A stretch of 64,000 bases of DNA, taken from a virus. Below, in pieces: positions 61,547-64,000 of this stretch. A program made the position numbers and the translations under genes. A model generated the notes under the pieces. That model worked only from the letters and a program-made list of their open reading frames with translations. It was not told the DNA's origin and did not search any database. The stretch lies in the IMG/VR virus record IMGVR_UViG_3300037541_000632, positions 1 to 64,000 of that record, one strand, 5' to 3'. Every line of letters starts with the position of its first letter. The stretch's first letter is position 1.

Positions 61547-63217
61547 TTAATTATTAACTTGAAAGTATTTTTCTAAATAGCCATGCTTATCATTATCGGG
61601 AGTTTTAACATATCCCAATACTTGATCTAGCTTCGTATGCGCTCTAGCTGCTTTAATAGCCAGTCGCTCAAAGTCGATCTGATTAACAGAGCCTATAATT
61701 CTCGTAGCGGATCCACGGTAAGGTGGAATGAACCGGATAACAGATTGATCATCCCATTTTTTGAAGTGGTTGGTGATAGTCTGATAGCCCAAACCGATAT
61801 GATCAGAGAACCAGTTCAGATCTATATTAAAGAAGCCATCTTCTTCTATACCGTATTCTAAAATAGTATTCCACCACACCTCAAATCTGGAATCATCTTC
61901 TGGTGTATTCTCATCCAGTCTGATTTTAGCAATCTTCTCGCCGTTCTTTTCTCGTTCTATAATTCTATTAGATTTTAGAACTTCCAAAATAGCAGGCACT
62001 TTACGACTAAATAAATTAGTCTTCTTTGCTATGTCACTGATTGTGAGTTGCGATATTCCATTACTATCTGCAGCTAAATTAAGAACACGCATTACAGCAT
62101 TGATCTCAGACTTAGAAGGATAACTGCACTCTATAAAAAACTTCTGTGTATTATAACTATCAGGAGAATAGAATGTCATGCAAGTCGAGTCTTTACCATC
62201 ACGACCAGCACGACCTACTTCCTGAGCAAGTGCTTCTAATGATCCCGGGATATCGCGGTGAACGACACCACGAATGTTACCTTTGTCCACGCCCATACCA
62301 AACGCATTAGTAGCTACCATGACACGAATTTTATCATTCATGAACATGTCCTGATTAACACGCTTGTCTGTAGGCGATAGCTCGCCATGGAAAATAATTA
62401 CATCTTCTCTGAGAGCGGACATTAATTGTTTAGCAGTCTGCTCAACTTTATTAATGGTTGCACAGTAAACAATAACAGGCCCATCTACACCAGAGATGAA
62501 ATCAGCAAGCTGAGTCTCACTCAACATGTTGTCACTCTTAAGGTGTAGGTTAGTTCTACGTGGATAGTATGAAAGCCGCTGTGCATTCTCTAAATGAAGC
62601 ACACGACGGATGTCATGTTCGACTTCATCCGGACATGTGGCAGTAAATGCAGATACAACTTTAGGGTTCTTTTCACGAATGAAATCGCCCACGAGACAAT
62701 AACTGGATCTAAAATTATCAGACCACTGCGACAAACAATGAGCCTCATCCATGACAACCATGTCAGGAGGCACGCGAGCCATAGCGTCTTTAAATGCCTC
62801 ATTGTGTAAACGCTCAGGCGCTACATAAATAAATTGAAGTTCTCCTTCAGCCCAACGCTTGATAGCTGCTTGGTTTTCAGCTTCAGTTTGCATTGAGGAA
62901 ATAGCCTGCGCTTTAATTCCTTTAGCCGTTAGACCTTGAACCTGATCGCGCATAAGCGCGACCAGGGGCGAGAAAACAATGGCTCGCCAACCAAGGCATA
63001 ACGTCGGAATTACAAAGCAAGCGGTTTTACCCGTAGAGGTCGGAAGAATACACACGGTATCTCTTTGAGCCATAATATTAACAATCACCGGTTCTTGACC
63101 TGCGCGTAACTGAGAAAACCCCATTACGCTCAGAGCATTAGGCAACTGTGTATACCCGCTCTTCAAGACATCCATGTTAATCTTGGACTCTCTAGTCTGC
63201 TTTATAGTCTCTGACAT
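61547..63217 (-). CDS. recQ: RecQ-family ATP-dependent DNA helicase
   Basis: SPLVALMRDQV, YVAPERL, DEAHCLSQW..FR..Y, ATNAFGMGVDK and QEVGRAGRDG motifs; likely start MSET. Confidence 0.93.
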   Translation of the reverse strand: MSETIKQTRESKINMDVLKSGYTQLPNALSVMGFSQLRAGQEPVIVNIMAQRDTVCILPTSTGKTACFVIPTLCLGWRAIVFSPLVALMRDQVQGLTAKGIKAQAISSMQTEAENQAAIKRWAEGELQFIYVAPERLHNEAFKDAMARVPPDMVVMDEAHCLSQWSDNFRSSYCLVGDFIREKNPKVVSAFTATCPDEVEHDIRRVLHLENAQRLSYYPRRTNLHLKSDNMLSETQLADFISGVDGPVIVYCATINKVEQTAKQLMSALREDVIIFHGELSPTDKRVNQDMFMNDKIRVMVATNAFGMGVDKGNIRGVVHRDIPGSLEALAQEVGRAGRDGKDSTCMTFYSPDSYNTQKFFIECSYPSKSEINAVMRVLNLAADSNGISQLTISDIAKKTNLFSRKVPAILEVLKSNRIIEREKNGEKIAKIRLDENTPEDDSRFEVWWNTILEYGIEEDGFFNIDLNWFSDHIGLGYQTITNHFKKWDDQSVIRFIPPYRGSATRIIGSVNQIDFERLAIKAARAHTKLDQVLGYVKTPDNDKHGYLEKYFQVNN

Positions 63218-63747
63218 ATATATTTTAAAGTACTCAAACACTGCTCCGTTTTAGACTCACCTTGCGGCGTAAGGTCTAACCATCTAGCTATGGTTTTATA
63301 ATTAAAGTTCTGCCTGCGGTCAAGTGTCAAAATGGTTGGCTTATGGAAAGCCTCGCATATATCCACTGTTACCCGGGATAGGCGTTGAACATATTCATCG
63401 ACACTAGATATGGCAGTACCGTGCTTGAGCAAGTACCATCTATAAATAGGCAGTAAAATGTTATTGGGGTGTACGGTAAATATACGTCGCCTCTCCATAT
63501 TATCAGAATGGATAAGAGAGGCAATGATATTAGCTACACCACCATGTTTAGCAATTTCATAAGAAGATATATGAATTGTTTCATCACAATTACCAGCGCA
63601 CGTACTAGCTATAGGACTAGCGGTGTCACAGTTAATGCAATAAATGTCATATGATTCATCCCAGATTTGTTCTGGTAAAAAAGGAAAGGAAACTCCACCA
63701 TCAGTTTCTTTTACGAAAGCGATGATGGAGTAATTTTGATTAAACAT
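63202..63747 (-). CDS. hypothetical protein
   Basis: 181 aa tiling ORF. Confidence 0.65.
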   Translation of the reverse strand: MFNQNYSIIAFVKETDGGVSFPFLPEQIWDESYDIYCINCDTASPIASTCAGNCDETIHISSYEIAKHGGVANIIASLIHSDNMERRRIFTVHPNNILLPIYRWYLLKHGTAISSVDEYVQRLSRVTVDICEAFHKPTILTLDRRQNFNYKTIARWLDLTPQGESKTEQCLSTLKYICQRL

Positions 63748-64000
63748 CAGGAAAGATTTTCAGGTGTTCGAATGAAAGATCTAAATGGTTCTTTTCTAAT
63801 TAATAAAACATGCGGATATTTAGGATGATACTGAATTCTTTGTTCTCTAAATTTAACACTGTGGTGTAAGCCTTTAGGATAAAATATAAATGTTAATAAT
63901 TTCCTACCAAACTTAGGATCATGCATGCATAAATTCATAGCATCAAAATCACCCAAGGGTCTTGGTATGTTAAATTCTTTATCAATAGGTACAACAAATT
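63747..64000 (-). CDS. hypothetical protein, 5'-partial
   Basis: Frame stays open to the window end. Confidence 0.55.
   Translation of the reverse strand, partial: FVVPIDKEFNIPRPLGDFDAMNLCMHDPKFGRKLLTFIFYPKGLHHSVKFREQRIQYHPKYPHVLLIRKEPFRSFIRTPENLS

Noticed and set aside
1-64000. Stop-codon reassignment
   Set aside because: Known enzymes are full length in the standard code, TAA, TAG and TGA all end genes at tight junctions, and no suppressor tRNA was seen.

Overview
AT-rich window from a large (jumbo-type) dsDNA bacteriophage. Genes are densely packed, almost all on the - strand, and read in the standard bacterial code. From left to right it contains: the tail of a + strand polyprotein of small basic modules; a glycan synthesis/modification cluster (methyltransferases, glycosyltransferases, radical SAM enzyme, fused TPP E1 alpha/beta); a + strand lysis cassette (holin-like, amidase, overlapping spanins, so a diderm host); seven tRNAs plus several tRNA-like or structured RNAs; fcl; an AAA ATPase / DUF6745-like / cupin-like operon; a duplication-derived chimeric ORF; two tandem arrays totalling 19 intact plus 1 degenerate small ORFs built from S-V-x-x tetrapeptide (12-nt) repeats and chained by a conserved 11-nt stop/start overlap; many small accessory genes; cysC plus a GT8-sulfotransferase fusion; a virion block (portal-like, glycine-zipper proteins, lysozyme, zinc peptidase, RNA polymerase beta split over separate genes) whose proteins share K-x-A motifs and a common N-terminal leader; and a RecQ helicase. 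The most promising undescribed systems are the SVxx micro-gene arrays (possibly linked to the nearby DUF6745-like operon) and a K-x-A propeptide/polyprotein processing system for virion cargo. All family assignments come from motif recognition by eye; no database search was run.
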